64,000 bases of DNA from Candidatus Alloclostridium intestinigallinarum (GTDB lineage Bacteria > Bacillota > Clostridia > Christensenellales > UBA3700), in assembly GCA_904393845.1 (NCBI GenBank), contig CAJFNB010000001.1, positions 16,341 through 80,340 of the forward strand, written 5' to 3'. Made by a program: the position numbers and the translations under genes. How positions within the stretch are numbered: position 1 is the first letter of the stretch; each line of letters opens with the position of its first letter. The notes under the pieces are model-generated. The model did no database searches, was not told where the DNA came from, and was given only the letters and a program-made list of their open reading frames with translations. This document shows, piece after piece, positions 47,079 to 57,201 of this stretch.

Positions 47079-47591
47079 ATGAAAAAATTTGCTTTGATTT
47101 TGCTTGTCGCCGTGCTGTGCGTACCGATATTCGCATTTGCCGCCTGCGCAGAACCCGACGACCCTTACGACCTCTCCACTAAAGAGATAGGCTACGAAAT
47201 TCCCGTCTACCCCGACTGCGAGTTTTCGTATGTGGTGAAGTGGGAAGAATGGGATCCCGAAACCCGGGAAGACATTGAAAAGAGCTGTACCGTAAAAATT
47301 ACGGATATGAAGGCTATTTTAATAGAAAAAAACTCAATTTCTCAAGGAGATACCCTTGAAAATGATTACTATCCTTACATAATAAAGATTACTATTGAAG
47401 GACAAACCGATGTTGCATTTGCAGGATTAAAGGTAACTTGTTATGTTCGTGGTGATAATTCATCTAGCTCTCTCCTTAATTCAACAGTTGATAATGACGG
47501 AAAAATTAGGTGGGAAAATAATTTAGGGTATGATTATCTCTCGGGATTGTCCTTCTCTGGACTTTATACTTCGGGAAATTTTCAATATTAA
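47079..47591 (+). CDS. lipoprotein encoded antisense to the tail operon (moron)
   Basis: RBS GGAGGGG. Signal peptide plus lipobox (IFAFAAC). It is the only plus-strand gene inside the 25-kb minus-strand late arm. Confidence 0.75.
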   Translation: MKKFALILLVAVLCVPIFAFAACAEPDDPYDLSTKEIGYEIPVYPDCEFSYVVKWEEWDPETREDIEKSCTVKITDMKAILIEKNSISQGDTLENDYYPYIIKITIEGQTDVAFAGLKVTCYVRGDNSSSSLLNSTVDNDGKIRWENNLGYDYLSGLSFSGLYTSGNFQY

Positions 47592-47599
47592 TTATTCCA

Positions 47600-50500
47600 T
47601 TATTTCGTTGAAATTGTTTTACCCTCTAATGTCCAGTTTCCCTTTAAATTACCACCGTCGGGTGTTATTTCAATGCATGGAGAACCATTTATACTAATAA
47701 CGAACACTCCATTGCTATCATAATTAAAACTTAGTTGATTTGCATCATTGTCAGAACTCTCCACGATGCATAGTCCAATATGTCCTGAGCCTCCAAGCCC
47801 CGCGAGAGTTGGTCCCAAGTATGCAGCTTCACCATCCCCGGTGATGTGTATTGTTCCATCTTCTGCAAGGGGAAAAGTGGTACAAGCTACTCCCTGAGCA
47901 CTAACCAGCGCAGAATAGTTCGGTTCTTTAATATCTATTATACCCTTATTGATTGATACCTTTCCGCTATTATCAACTGTAAAACTACCCTCGCCGAGGT
48001 TTAAACTTCCTGCAGTTATCGTAACAGAACCATCCTTGGCAGCCTTGAATTTTCCGCCCAAATTCAGTCCATCTGTACCGAGATAAACACCCTCCTTGGT
48101 GCTGGTCATCGAATCCGTGCCGTTGCACAATGCTGTACTGCCGATAGTAAATCCACCGATTGTGCCGCTTTTTGCAGTCAAATAGCCGTCGTTGTTCACA
48201 CTGAACAAACCATTACTTGCCGATATGCTGTTTTTGGATAATGTCAGTCCGCCTATCGTGCCGTCCTTCGCAGTCAAATGGCCGTCGGCTGTCACTCCGA
48301 ACAACCCGCTTGACGTAGTTATACCGTCTTCACTGAAAGCAAGGGCAAACGTCGTAACATCGCCCTCGATTTTCCTTGCTACGCCTATGCCGCTTTCACC
48401 TATCGTAAGCCCGCCTATAGTGCCGTTCTTCGCGTGTATTATGCCCTTCAACATCACGTTGCCGCTACTGTCTGCCGAGAATACCGTTTCCCCGTTCCCG
48501 TCTTCGCCCGGCACTTTAATGGTTATGCCGCTTTCGTCAAGGGTGATTGTGTTGGATTCATTGCTGATTTTAAGGTTACTGCCCATAATCAGATTGCCCA
48601 CCAGCACGTCCGCTATTAGACCGTAAGCGGTGGTATTGTCGTCCAAAGAGACTTCACCGAGTGCGAGCGAGGAAGTCAGCCAATTATCTTCGGTGAAGAG
48701 CAGAACGTTGTTGATAAGACGAACCTGCCTGGGAGAAAACTTCTCCGCAGTCTCTCCGTCTTCTCCGCTTTCTGCTTTCTCGATTTTTCTGCCCAAAATA
48801 CCTGTTTCGTCTATCGTGAACTGTTGGTTAGCCATATTGCCGATAGCCGCCCTCAGGGTACTGTCTAACGGCTTTTCTATCAGGTTTGTAATCGTTTCCT
48901 TGTTTTTGGAATAGTCGGTCAAATCCGACCAATTGGAAACCACGGTTTTACTCACCGAGGACGTCTCCTTGAGTATGTCCGCCAGCGAAAGAGATGTGCT
49001 GTTCGGCCGCGTTGCCGTGGAAAAACTCATCGAAAAATCTTCGGCTGTGTCCAGGTTAAAACTTATCTCCATTAGAGCAGGTTGAAAGAAATTGCCGTCC
49101 GATTTTTCTATGGTGATAAGCCTTCCGAGTTCAAGCTGTTCGCTAAAGGTTTCAAATTCCTTTATCCTAAGGAAATTTATCGCATTTACAGTTGTTTCAT
49201 ATTTGGGTTTTGCGGCACGCGATAAATCTTCCTGCGCCGCGAGCATGAGTTCCCGGGAGAGTGTAAGCCTCTCTTCAAACGGCATATCCTCTGTTTCGGC
49301 GTAGTTCTCGTTGGAATACTCACCTTCTATCCAATAGTGCTTAAGTTCCAGGTATAATTCTGTACCGTGGTCTTTGTCATAACGCTGAATAAAATATTCG
49401 ACGTTGCAACCATAATTTTTATAAGGGTCGTTTTCGTCAATTTCTTCGCCGTCGGGTAAATCATATCCCTGCGCTATTTTGGAAAGGCTTTCGTTAATGC
49501 CGTCTATCGCATCTTGGATTTGTTCTTTTACTTCCGTAAGCCGCTTTTGCTCATTCTCCCAAATGGTTTTCCAGCCGCTGTCCCCGGGCACCTGGCTATA
49601 CATTGTATATCTCACAAAGCCGGAAACATAGAAGTATCTCACAGAGGTGGAATTAGCACCTTTTAGCACGCCGTATCTCTTATCAGCCACGCTGTAATAA
49701 TTCGTATTGACATCCCACGAACTGGTTTCACCGTCGCCGATTGGTAAAGAGATTTCGTCACCGCCGTCGGATGGGATAAATTTTCCTTCCGTCATTTTAC
49801 CCGAGGTGACTGCGAAAGTTATGCTACCTTCTTCTCCGTTGTAGTTTTGGTTATCGAACGTAACCGTTCCCGTCTCCGACAACTTACCGTCGGCGTCTTT
49901 GACCGCCTGAACTTCGGTATCAATAACAAGCTTGCAAAAGCTCTTCTGTGCTTCGGCAGTTTCCACACCGTAGCGCTTGTCGTTAATGATGTAATAAATC
50001 GTATTAGGGGACTGTACGCTATCATCTACTTCTATCGACAATGGTTTTTCTACTATAGTTCCATTATTCGATTTGTGAGTAGCTTCGGTTATTTCTCCGT
50101 TATCTACGACAATCTTTATAATTTCCTTCGGATTGATAATTCTTATCGTACCGCTTGTAGACAGCGCCCCGCTTTCGTTTTTAATCAGATAAGTGCTGTC
50201 TTCTGTAATAAGTCTGCAAAAGCTTACTTTTCCGTCAAAGAAATAAAGGGGCGTTAAATCCTCTTTCGTAGAAATAAAATCTTTTATCAGTTCATTCGGA
50301 GTTCCCGTAGTTCCCTGGTCGGAACCTTCTTCCGTTGTATCGTAATAAAAAACATAGTCCTTATCACCTTCAACGATTTCTTTCATCTTCGGAGCCGATT
50401 TATAGGCCGTAATTTGTTTATCGGGATTGTCCGCTTCAAAGACAGTATTTTGCCCGTCTGCCGCCTTAAAATACACCGACGGGGGATATAAACTGTTCTT

Positions 50501-51775
50501 ATCGACGTCCACCTCTTCGGCGGTAATATATTCCTTCCCTGTGGGGATATTACCGTCTTCGCCGGTTAAAGCCTCGTCGCTTGCATTTTCTTTATCTGTC
50601 TGCATTTGTTTGACGACCACTTCCAAATCGTTGACCTTTAAATTGGCATAGACTAATTCTTCGTCGTTCTCGGTCTTGAGCTTTTCCTGGTCGTAAAGCT
50701 CCTGCATAAGTTGTGTGTAACTTCCGTCGTCTGTTGCTTCCTGCGCAGCTTTAAGATGCTCTTCCCAATCCTGTAGCGCTCCGACCAATTCTTTCGACAT
50801 CCACGGATAATCAACTTTACCGTCTTCGCTTTTATCTTTCATATAATACTCGAAGTCGGCGACATAGTTTGTCCCCATAGGGTTGACGTTAGTAATGTCT
50901 AGACCGTCTCCCGAAACTTCCATAACCGTCACAAGCTCATCGGCTTTTTCATTGATAGCCATTTTCGTTGCGACATTATCAAACGAAAGGTATATATCTG
51001 TGGGGATATTTACATCTTCATAATCACGCACAAATATTGCGTGATGTAAGAAATCGAACTCGAAAACTACATTAAAAGCCTTTTCTACCTCGTTGATGAT
51101 AAAGTCATATGCATTCTGGTCTGAACTTTCCGAAAAACTTCTGCAAGGGTTACTGTCTTCAGAGTTGTTTGCGGGCGTATATAATCCGTTATATCCCGTC
51201 TCATCGTCCTTTATTCCGAGTGAATTAAACCTCACGGAAGGCGTAATCCAAACGATTGTCCATTGTTTTAAATCTTCTGTGATTGTGGGTTCGCTTATCG
51301 GTGAGACCGCCATACTTCCCAGCTTAAGCCCCGCTTGTTTGCAAAGCTGTCCGATGACAGACGGCATCGCGGCAGGGTCGCTGTAATCGTATTGGTCGTC
51401 CTCAAGGTCATTTGTGTTGACGAAGGTGTATACCCTGTCTTCCGTTACGAACCCACTCTCTTGCAGTTGTATCTGGTGCGAATACGCGCTTACGCTTTTT
51501 GTAGACACGTCGCCCTGGGTTTCTTCTTGTACGTCGGCAATTTGGAACCAGCCTATATCCTCGATATAGATAAGCCTCCTGCGTTCAACAAGCCCGTAGG
51601 CTACCTTGTCGATGTAGGCGCTATTCACCGTAAACGTAATTTCCGACAAGTCGTTGAATCTCAAAGACAGTTTCCTTTCGCTGGCTTCGAGAGCGCATAA
51701 AAATCTTCCGTCGGGATTACAAAGATACATCGTGGGACTTTCCACTTGACGATAATAATTAAATTTCGTTATCAT
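47600..51775 (-). CDS. tail-associated (Tal-like) minor structural protein, 1391 aa
   Basis: Immediately downstream of Dit. The N-terminal ~350 aa are typical of siphovirus Tal / minor structural N-terminal regions. C-terminal repeats of (A)K(D/S/N)GTIGG(L/F)T(I/L). Confidence 0.7.
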   Translation of the reverse strand: MITKFNYYRQVESPTMYLCNPDGRFLCALEASERKLSLRFNDLSEITFTVNSAYIDKVAYGLVERRRLIYIEDIGWFQIADVQEETQGDVSTKSVSAYSHQIQLQESGFVTEDRVYTFVNTNDLEDDQYDYSDPAAMPSVIGQLCKQAGLKLGSMAVSPISEPTITEDLKQWTIVWITPSVRFNSLGIKDDETGYNGLYTPANNSEDSNPCRSFSESSDQNAYDFIINEVEKAFNVVFEFDFLHHAIFVRDYEDVNIPTDIYLSFDNVATKMAINEKADELVTVMEVSGDGLDITNVNPMGTNYVADFEYYMKDKSEDGKVDYPWMSKELVGALQDWEEHLKAAQEATDDGSYTQLMQELYDQEKLKTENDEELVYANLKVNDLEVVVKQMQTDKENASDEALTGEDGNIPTGKEYITAEEVDVDKNSLYPPSVYFKAADGQNTVFEADNPDKQITAYKSAPKMKEIVEGDKDYVFYYDTTEEGSDQGTTGTPNELIKDFISTKEDLTPLYFFDGKVSFCRLITEDSTYLIKNESGALSTSGTIRIINPKEIIKIVVDNGEITEATHKSNNGTIVEKPLSIEVDDSVQSPNTIYYIINDKRYGVETAEAQKSFCKLVIDTEVQAVKDADGKLSETGTVTFDNQNYNGEEGSITFAVTSGKMTEGKFIPSDGGDEISLPIGDGETSSWDVNTNYYSVADKRYGVLKGANSTSVRYFYVSGFVRYTMYSQVPGDSGWKTIWENEQKRLTEVKEQIQDAIDGINESLSKIAQGYDLPDGEEIDENDPYKNYGCNVEYFIQRYDKDHGTELYLELKHYWIEGEYSNENYAETEDMPFEERLTLSRELMLAAQEDLSRAAKPKYETTVNAINFLRIKEFETFSEQLELGRLITIEKSDGNFFQPALMEISFNLDTAEDFSMSFSTATRPNSTSLSLADILKETSSVSKTVVSNWSDLTDYSKNKETITNLIEKPLDSTLRAAIGNMANQQFTIDETGILGRKIEKAESGEDGETAEKFSPRQVRLINNVLLFTEDNWLTSSLALGEVSLDDNTTAYGLIADVLVGNLIMGSNLKISNESNTITLDESGITIKVPGEDGNGETVFSADSSGNVMLKGIIHAKNGTIGGLTIGESGIGVARKIEGDVTTFALAFSEDGITTSSGLFGVTADGHLTAKDGTIGGLTLSKNSISASNGLFSVNNDGYLTAKSGTIGGFTIGSTALCNGTDSMTSTKEGVYLGTDGLNLGGKFKAAKDGSVTITAGSLNLGEGSFTVDNSGKVSINKGIIDIKEPNYSALVSAQGVACTTFPLAEDGTIHITGDGEAAYLGPTLAGLGGSGHIGLCIVESSDNDANQLSFNYDSNGVFVISINGSPCIEITPDGGNLKGNWTLEGKTISTK

Positions 51776-51786
51776 CTTATCCCTCC

Positions 51787-52683
51787 TTAGAACTTTATCC
51801 GCTTATAATGCGGACACGATATGGTCACGCTGCCGTTATTATCCGTTGCCGGCGTATACGTTATACTGCCGTCAGAACCTTCAACGGCAGTCTCCCACAA
51901 GATTTGCAGGTTGTTTTTACCGCGCAAAAGCCTGAGCCACTGTTTGTTAAAGTTCCCGAGCAGATTGCTGTTTACACCTATATTCTGTGCAAAAGTCTTT
52001 AACTCGTTATCTATCACAATCGGATAGTAGGATATTGCGGGAGTGCCCGTACCGTCGCTTTCCGCATCTTTCGGCACTACAAGCTGAAATTTGCGGTCTT
52101 CTTTGGTCAAACTATTATCTGTAAGGTTGATAATGGTCAGCCTGTCGCCGCCCGCCTTATTGATTGTTACAGTCGGATAAACATAATCGTCAATCACGTC
52201 CGACTTGTTAATTATTGAGAATTTATTTGTATCATTGGTATTTCCTGTTATAGCCTTAGTTGTAGGTTTACCGTATTGGAACGGCGCATCGAATTGCGCC
52301 GATAAATTATATCCGACGCAGAAGCCGGCTTGATATATAGTACTTGTAACCGTGAAAATACAGTTATAAGTAAAATCGGTAAAGCCGGTCTGGTATATGT
52401 TCAATTTTCTAAATCCTTTTCGTGAGTCAAGCCAATTGAGTATATCTTGCTGTGACTCTTCCGTAATAGGTCTCTCGCTCACAACGGAAAATTCATATGC
52501 CGGCGGATTGTCATAATTCATCCCCTCATAAAAAAATCTTTTGGAGCGAGTGGGTTTCCCGGTTGAAATTGTGGGAACCACATATGCGGTTTCTTCCAGT
52601 GGATTTGCATCAAAACTCATAATTTTGAGACCGTAGTCTCCGGAAAACTTTCCGTCATATGTAAAATTAGTCGCTGTAAACAT
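51787..52683 (-). CDS. distal tail protein (Dit)
   Basis: 298 aa; position between the tape measure and Tal; N-terminus FTYDGKFSGDYGLKI... is typical of the phage tail family. Confidence 0.65.
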   Translation of the reverse strand: MFTATNFTYDGKFSGDYGLKIMSFDANPLEETAYVVPTISTGKPTRSKRFFYEGMNYDNPPAYEFSVVSERPITEESQQDILNWLDSRKGFRKLNIYQTGFTDFTYNCIFTVTSTIYQAGFCVGYNLSAQFDAPFQYGKPTTKAITGNTNDTNKFSIINKSDVIDDYVYPTVTINKAGGDRLTIINLTDNSLTKEDRKFQLVVPKDAESDGTGTPAISYYPIVIDNELKTFAQNIGVNSNLLGNFNKQWLRLLRGKNNLQILWETAVEGSDGSITYTPATDNNGSVTISCPHYKRIKF

Positions 52684-52708
52684 CCATTTTCTCCTTTAAA
52701 AATTTGTA

Positions 52709-52735
52709 TAAAAAAAGAAGCCCTTAGAAGGCTTC
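52709..52735 (-). terminator. canonical rho-independent terminator just upstream of Dit
   Basis: Minus strand: GAAGCC (52735-52730), 7-nt loop, GGCTTC (52722-52717), then TTTTTTT. Confidence 0.75.
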
Positions 52736-52763
52736 GATAATTTCCAATCACGTACACCCTAAT

Positions 52764-53399
52764 TTATACAAGAAAACCGATAATTGATAAAATTGCACCA
52801 ATGGCAATACTTGCAATAGGCACTACAAATTTACTAATAAAATCTTTTTGCTTTGCCTTTTTCTGCTTGCTTTTTAATTCTTCAAGAACAGGCAAAGCGT
52901 CTTTTATTTTATCATATTGTGCGCGCAGTCCTTCTACTATCTCTTGATAAGTCTGCATTCTTTTGTCAGCACCATCTTTATCAATCCCCTTTTGTTCTCG
53001 GAGAGTAGCAATTTTTTCCGAATATTTCTCTATCATAGGACGAATGTCGCTATAATAGTTCGGAATCGCTGCTCTTATTATCTCGGGATCATAAATTTCA
53101 AGAGTATCAACAATTTTGTTTCTATAGTTTATAGAGAGCATATCGCATATATCATAATATGCCCTTTTTAAATGACTTATTAGCTTCGTATATTCAGCGT
53201 CCGCATCTATATTGACATTATTGCCTATAGTAGTATTTGTGATTGCAATGATCCGCATCGTGTGATCAAGAGCTGCCCTAAATTCATTTAATGGTTGAAG
53301 GTTAGTCTTTAATTCGGGATCTGTTTCCTCACAAAGAATATAGTACTCTTTAATGCGTATGTAATATTCTACAACTTTATTCCAGTCGATTTGTCCCAT
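52764..53399 (-). CDS. C-tail-anchored helical protein (accessory cassette gene 2)
   Basis: 211 aa, all-helical by eye, extreme C-terminal TM (VVPIASIAIGAILSIIGFLV), very AT-rich codon usage. Contains NEFRAALDH (an Rx4H string). Confidence 0.6.
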   Translation of the reverse strand: MGQIDWNKVVEYYIRIKEYYILCEETDPELKTNLQPLNEFRAALDHTMRIIAITNTTIGNNVNIDADAEYTKLISHLKRAYYDICDMLSINYRNKIVDTLEIYDPEIIRAAIPNYYSDIRPMIEKYSEKIATLREQKGIDKDGADKRMQTYQEIVEGLRAQYDKIKDALPVLEELKSKQKKAKQKDFISKFVVPIASIAIGAILSIIGFLV

Positions 53400-53426
53400 A
53401 GTTACATGAAATTTATATAGAAATAG

Positions 53427-53612
53427 TTACGGCAGAGGACGCCTCAACGATTTTTTTCTATAATTAAGGTCTTCCTCTTCCGTTCTATACTGTCCTAAAT
53501 TGATTCTAACACCACCAGTAAAAAATCTTTTTTTATTATCTCGCCTAGTAGCGCAAGTAATCGTCGGAACTTTCTCATAATCCCTAAATAATATCTCGCT
53601 CATATTGTACAT
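53427..53612 (-). CDS. small basic protein (accessory cassette gene 1)
   Basis: 61 aa, R/K-rich. It is the first ORF downstream of the cassette promoter. Confidence 0.45.
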   Translation of the reverse strand: MYNMSEILFRDYEKVPTITCATRRDNKKRFFTGGVRINLGQYRTEEEDLNYRKKSLRRPLP

Positions 53613-53660
53613 TTTTTTAGTCCACCCCGCAAGACTGTTGCTTTATGTCAGTTCATTATT

Positions 53661-53690
53661 ATAATACATTTTGTATACGATAAATGTCAA
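53661..53690 (-). promoter_or_regulatory. sigma-70-type promoter of the accessory cassette
   Basis: Minus strand: TTGACA (53690-53685), 18 nt spacer, TATTAT (53666-53661) preceded by TG. Lies inside a ~470-nt AT-rich gap. Confidence 0.55.
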
Positions 53691-54082
53691 TGGTTTTCAC
53701 TATTTTATTGAAAATTATATAACATCTAATATTTATAATCTATTCTATATCTATATATATTATACTTATATTTAATCTTGTCGTCAAACAAGCGTCACTC
53801 TTTACTATAAACCCATTACTTGTATTTATAGTATAACACATATTTTGCGTATTTGCTCCTATGGGGTGCAAAAGTCTAATAAATTTTACATTTTACCGCT
53901 TTGTAGTGCTATATTTCTCATAGTCAATCACTTGTTCAATCCCAAGTTTTATATTCTAAAAAATAGACATAGTTTCTCCTTCGCTCATATTTTCATTTGA
54001 TAAAACTACTCTTTTATCACGGCGGAAAGAACTAATCTCTCCGCCGTATACCGCATTAACTATGGGCGCGGGAACCCATAAA

Positions 54083-57000
54083 CTAGACGCTGGCTCTGTA
54101 ACCGCGCCTGGTCAAAGCATTTTCCATGTTGCGCTCAATTTTCGCAACAGCAGCGTCAACCATATCCGACAGCTTAGGCAGAGTTTCATCGTCTATGGTT
54201 CCGCATTGTATAGTAATGAGTGGCGAATTGTTGTTTATCGTCGCTCCATTGGAATATGATGTCACGCTCGGGAGAATATTTTTCATAAAGTTGTCCATTT
54301 GAGCAGGAGTGGAAACAAATTCCCCTTTGAGGAGTTTAGCAAACTCTTCATTGGATTTGAGATCCGCTATATCCCCGACAAAGCCACCCGTGTGGTAAAT
54401 TCCAGCAGCCTCTTTAAAATATTTAAGTTGGTCTCCAACAAGAGAAACTCTGTCTTTAAGTTTTATGGCGTGTTTTCCTCCATCAGTCATAGCATATATA
54501 TCGCCTTTGTAAGCGAAAACCGCTCTTTCATTAAACCCTCTTGCTTGCGCGGCGGCAAGTATGTCGGCACTTTCTCCTGCGTTCTCAAGATGATATGAGC
54601 CACGTCCAAATCTCACAGTTCCCCAATCATTAGCATCATTCCAGCTAAAATTGTAAGCCGAAGCGCCTTTGATAAGTTCCAGCTCATTAGGATTTATTTG
54701 ATTTTTCGCCTCTTCACCTGGGGTTTCCTCTGTTTGAGTTCTATTATTGTTGAACCATTCCAAGGTATCGTTGTAATATGACGCGGCAGAGCTATAGTCG
54801 TTATTCTTCATAGCTGACACGAATTTCTCTTGTATGCTACCCGCGTTGAAGTTTTCTCCTTTTATCTGCTGATACAAAGAATACATATCTGTAGCACCGT
54901 CTGAAAGAAGCAAAAACCCAGATACTTCGCCTAAAATCTCTTTTACTGTAGTAGCTATGCCGTCAATCTGGCTTGTTATTTTGTCAACCTCTTCCTGTAT
55001 AAATGCTTCATACTCTGCGTATTCGTTATCCATTGATAAGGTTATATCTTGTATAGCATGTTCTAATGTATATTCGTCCAACTCTTCTTGAGCTGTCTGC
55101 AACTCATCTTCTAATTGTCGTTGTCTGGCTTGCCCCTCCGCACTTGTATCCAACCTAGCCGCATTCAATTGGGCTCGCAAAGTTGCCACATTCGCTTGCT
55201 TCCGATTTAACTCCTTTTGATAGGAAACTTCTTCTTGATAGGTTTCTAAGATGTCTTTTCTTATATCGACTAACTCTTTATATATGTCAAGCTGTTCTTC
55301 AAGGGCGGTCTTACGAGCTTCTAACTTTTCTGTTTCGTCTTCTATTTTTAAATCCCGCAATATGGTTGCCCATTCCAGTGTTTTCATATTTAAGTTATCT
55401 TGGGCAATCGCAAGATTTTTCATCGCAACTTCATAGTCATCATCTTCTTCTGTAAGACCATTTAAATTATTTTGGGCGGTCTGCAAAGCCTCTTGATATT
55501 CCGCTATCTCCGATTTTGCAATACCTTGCATTATATCGAAAACTGACTGATTTTGATATTCATCTTTTAATGCGTAACCATCTTCGGTCTTTTCAAAATA
55601 AGTAGATATATCATTAGGAACTTCTTCCATTAAAGTTTTAAGCGTATCCAAAGAGATAACGGCATTTTCCTTTGCTTCAGCAACGGCTTCACTAAGCGCA
55701 TCAAATTGGGAAGAGATTAACTCGATGTCGTCTTCAAGAGACAGTGTGGCTATTTCCTGTAATCCCGTTCGTAAATCTTGTACATATTTGGCCAAAGAAT
55801 CCCAATTCTCTCCATCCCACGCGCCCATTTCCTGCAGGAGAGAGAAGACTTCCTTTGCATCAGCATTTGTTTCGGCAAAATTTTTAACCGCATCTCCCGT
55901 TATCTCTGAAGAACGCTTAAATCCGTTTGCAAACTCTTCTACCGCTTTAATTCCAGCCTTGTGTTCTCCCTTCATAGAGAGTTCTTCCCAAAACTGGTTT
56001 ATGCCATCTGTGACAAGAGTGAACATGGAGTTCCATTTCTCTACATTTTGCAAAATGTTATTTAGTACTAAGTTGTCTCCATATTTCATTCCATCAGTCA
56101 ACTCTATAAGATCTGACAAATGATTTGTTGCCCAAGACCTATCCTCTTCCGAAAGAACTGCATTCCCATCCTTATCAACAGCATTCCAATTAGCTAAGAT
56201 ATCAGTAAGGCGTTCGCTGCCAGCCATCCCTTCCTTTTCGCCTTCTTCGTTAAATCGCATATAGGTATCGACAGCAGTATCTTCAGCTTCTTTTTGTAGT
56301 TCTTTTGCTCCCTCTTCCAGAACACGATTTCGTTCATTAAGTAGCGCAATTTCTCTTTGGATTCTTGCTATCTCTTGTTCATCGGCAATACTTGGCGTTC
56401 CAATGCTTTGCAACTCAATAAGCCGTTCCTTTAAGTCATCTATCGTGGAAGTGTTTTCTTCGATGGCGCTTTTATTCTCTTCCCATGCCGCTCTCGCCTC
56501 TTCAGCAGCCTCTTTTGATTTTTCGTACGAAGGAACTAAATCTATAATCGCTTGAATAGCCATCAGAACGGCAGAAATCGCAGCAAGGATCCATCCTATG
56601 GAGTTAGACATCTCAAACTTTTTAACCGCCATAGTTATTAGTGTTAGCGCCGTAATAACAGCGGTAGCTATACCAATGACTGCGATTGATATTTTTGCCT
56701 CGGCATTGTCAAATGTAGCGATTAAAGCCAATATAGTCGGTATAACAACCGGGATTGAGTTCTTTAATCCTTGGGCAATTTTTTGTCCAGTTGTAAGAGC
56801 TGCATTTCCTGTATCTTTGAACGCTTTCCTCACTGTTGCTAAAACAATGGGTATAGCAACCAAAAATGGAAGTAATTGTCCGTCCCCAACGCTCACAATT
56901 GCGTCGAGCCACGAAACAAACATGGATAGCATATCGACAACGTTTTTAATTGCCGTCGTATCAAGCAGGCTCATAGAAAATCCTTGCCACGCGGCGGTCA

Positions 57001-57148
57001 GTTCATTCACCTTAGCCTCTATACTATCCAAATACGCGACATTATATTTAGACGTTGCCGTGCCCTCGGATTCAGCCGCAATGTTCGCATACTCCATTGC
57101 TTGGGCGTAGTTCTCCATGAGGACGATAAATTTTTCTTGTTGACGTGT
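54083..57148 (-). CDS. tail tape measure protein, exon 2
   Basis: The frame of the MENYAQAMEY... ORF is open upstream to ...LTRQQEKFIVL. It continues the TP901-type TMP core begun in exon 1. TM segments, long coiled coils. The 5' limit depends on the splice site (+/- a few nt). Confidence 0.8.
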   Translation of the reverse strand, partial: TRQQEKFIVLMENYAQAMEYANIAAESEGTATSKYNVAYLDSIEAKVNELTAAWQGFSMSLLDTTAIKNVVDMLSMFVSWLDAIVSVGDGQLLPFLVAIPIVLATVRKAFKDTGNAALTTGQKIAQGLKNSIPVVIPTILALIATFDNAEAKISIAVIGIATAVITALTLITMAVKKFEMSNSIGWILAAISAVLMAIQAIIDLVPSYEKSKEAAEEARAAWEENKSAIEENTSTIDDLKERLIELQSIGTPSIADEQEIARIQREIALLNERNRVLEEGAKELQKEAEDTAVDTYMRFNEEGEKEGMAGSERLTDILANWNAVDKDGNAVLSEEDRSWATNHLSDLIELTDGMKYGDNLVLNNILQNVEKWNSMFTLVTDGINQFWEELSMKGEHKAGIKAVEEFANGFKRSSEITGDAVKNFAETNADAKEVFSLLQEMGAWDGENWDSLAKYVQDLRTGLQEIATLSLEDDIELISSQFDALSEAVAEAKENAVISLDTLKTLMEEVPNDISTYFEKTEDGYALKDEYQNQSVFDIMQGIAKSEIAEYQEALQTAQNNLNGLTEEDDDYEVAMKNLAIAQDNLNMKTLEWATILRDLKIEDETEKLEARKTALEEQLDIYKELVDIRKDILETYQEEVSYQKELNRKQANVATLRAQLNAARLDTSAEGQARQRQLEDELQTAQEELDEYTLEHAIQDITLSMDNEYAEYEAFIQEEVDKITSQIDGIATTVKEILGEVSGFLLLSDGATDMYSLYQQIKGENFNAGSIQEKFVSAMKNNDYSSAASYYNDTLEWFNNNRTQTEETPGEEAKNQINPNELELIKGASAYNFSWNDANDWGTVRFGRGSYHLENAGESADILAAAQARGFNERAVFAYKGDIYAMTDGGKHAIKLKDRVSLVGDQLKYFKEAAGIYHTGGFVGDIADLKSNEEFAKLLKGEFVSTPAQMDNFMKNILPSVTSYSNGATINNNSPLITIQCGTIDDETLPKLSDMVDAAVAKIERNMENALTRRGYRASV

Positions 57149-57201
57149 CAGAAAATTTTTGGCTAAAATCGCAACTTTTAGCCCAAGGTCGAATATTAAG
57201 T

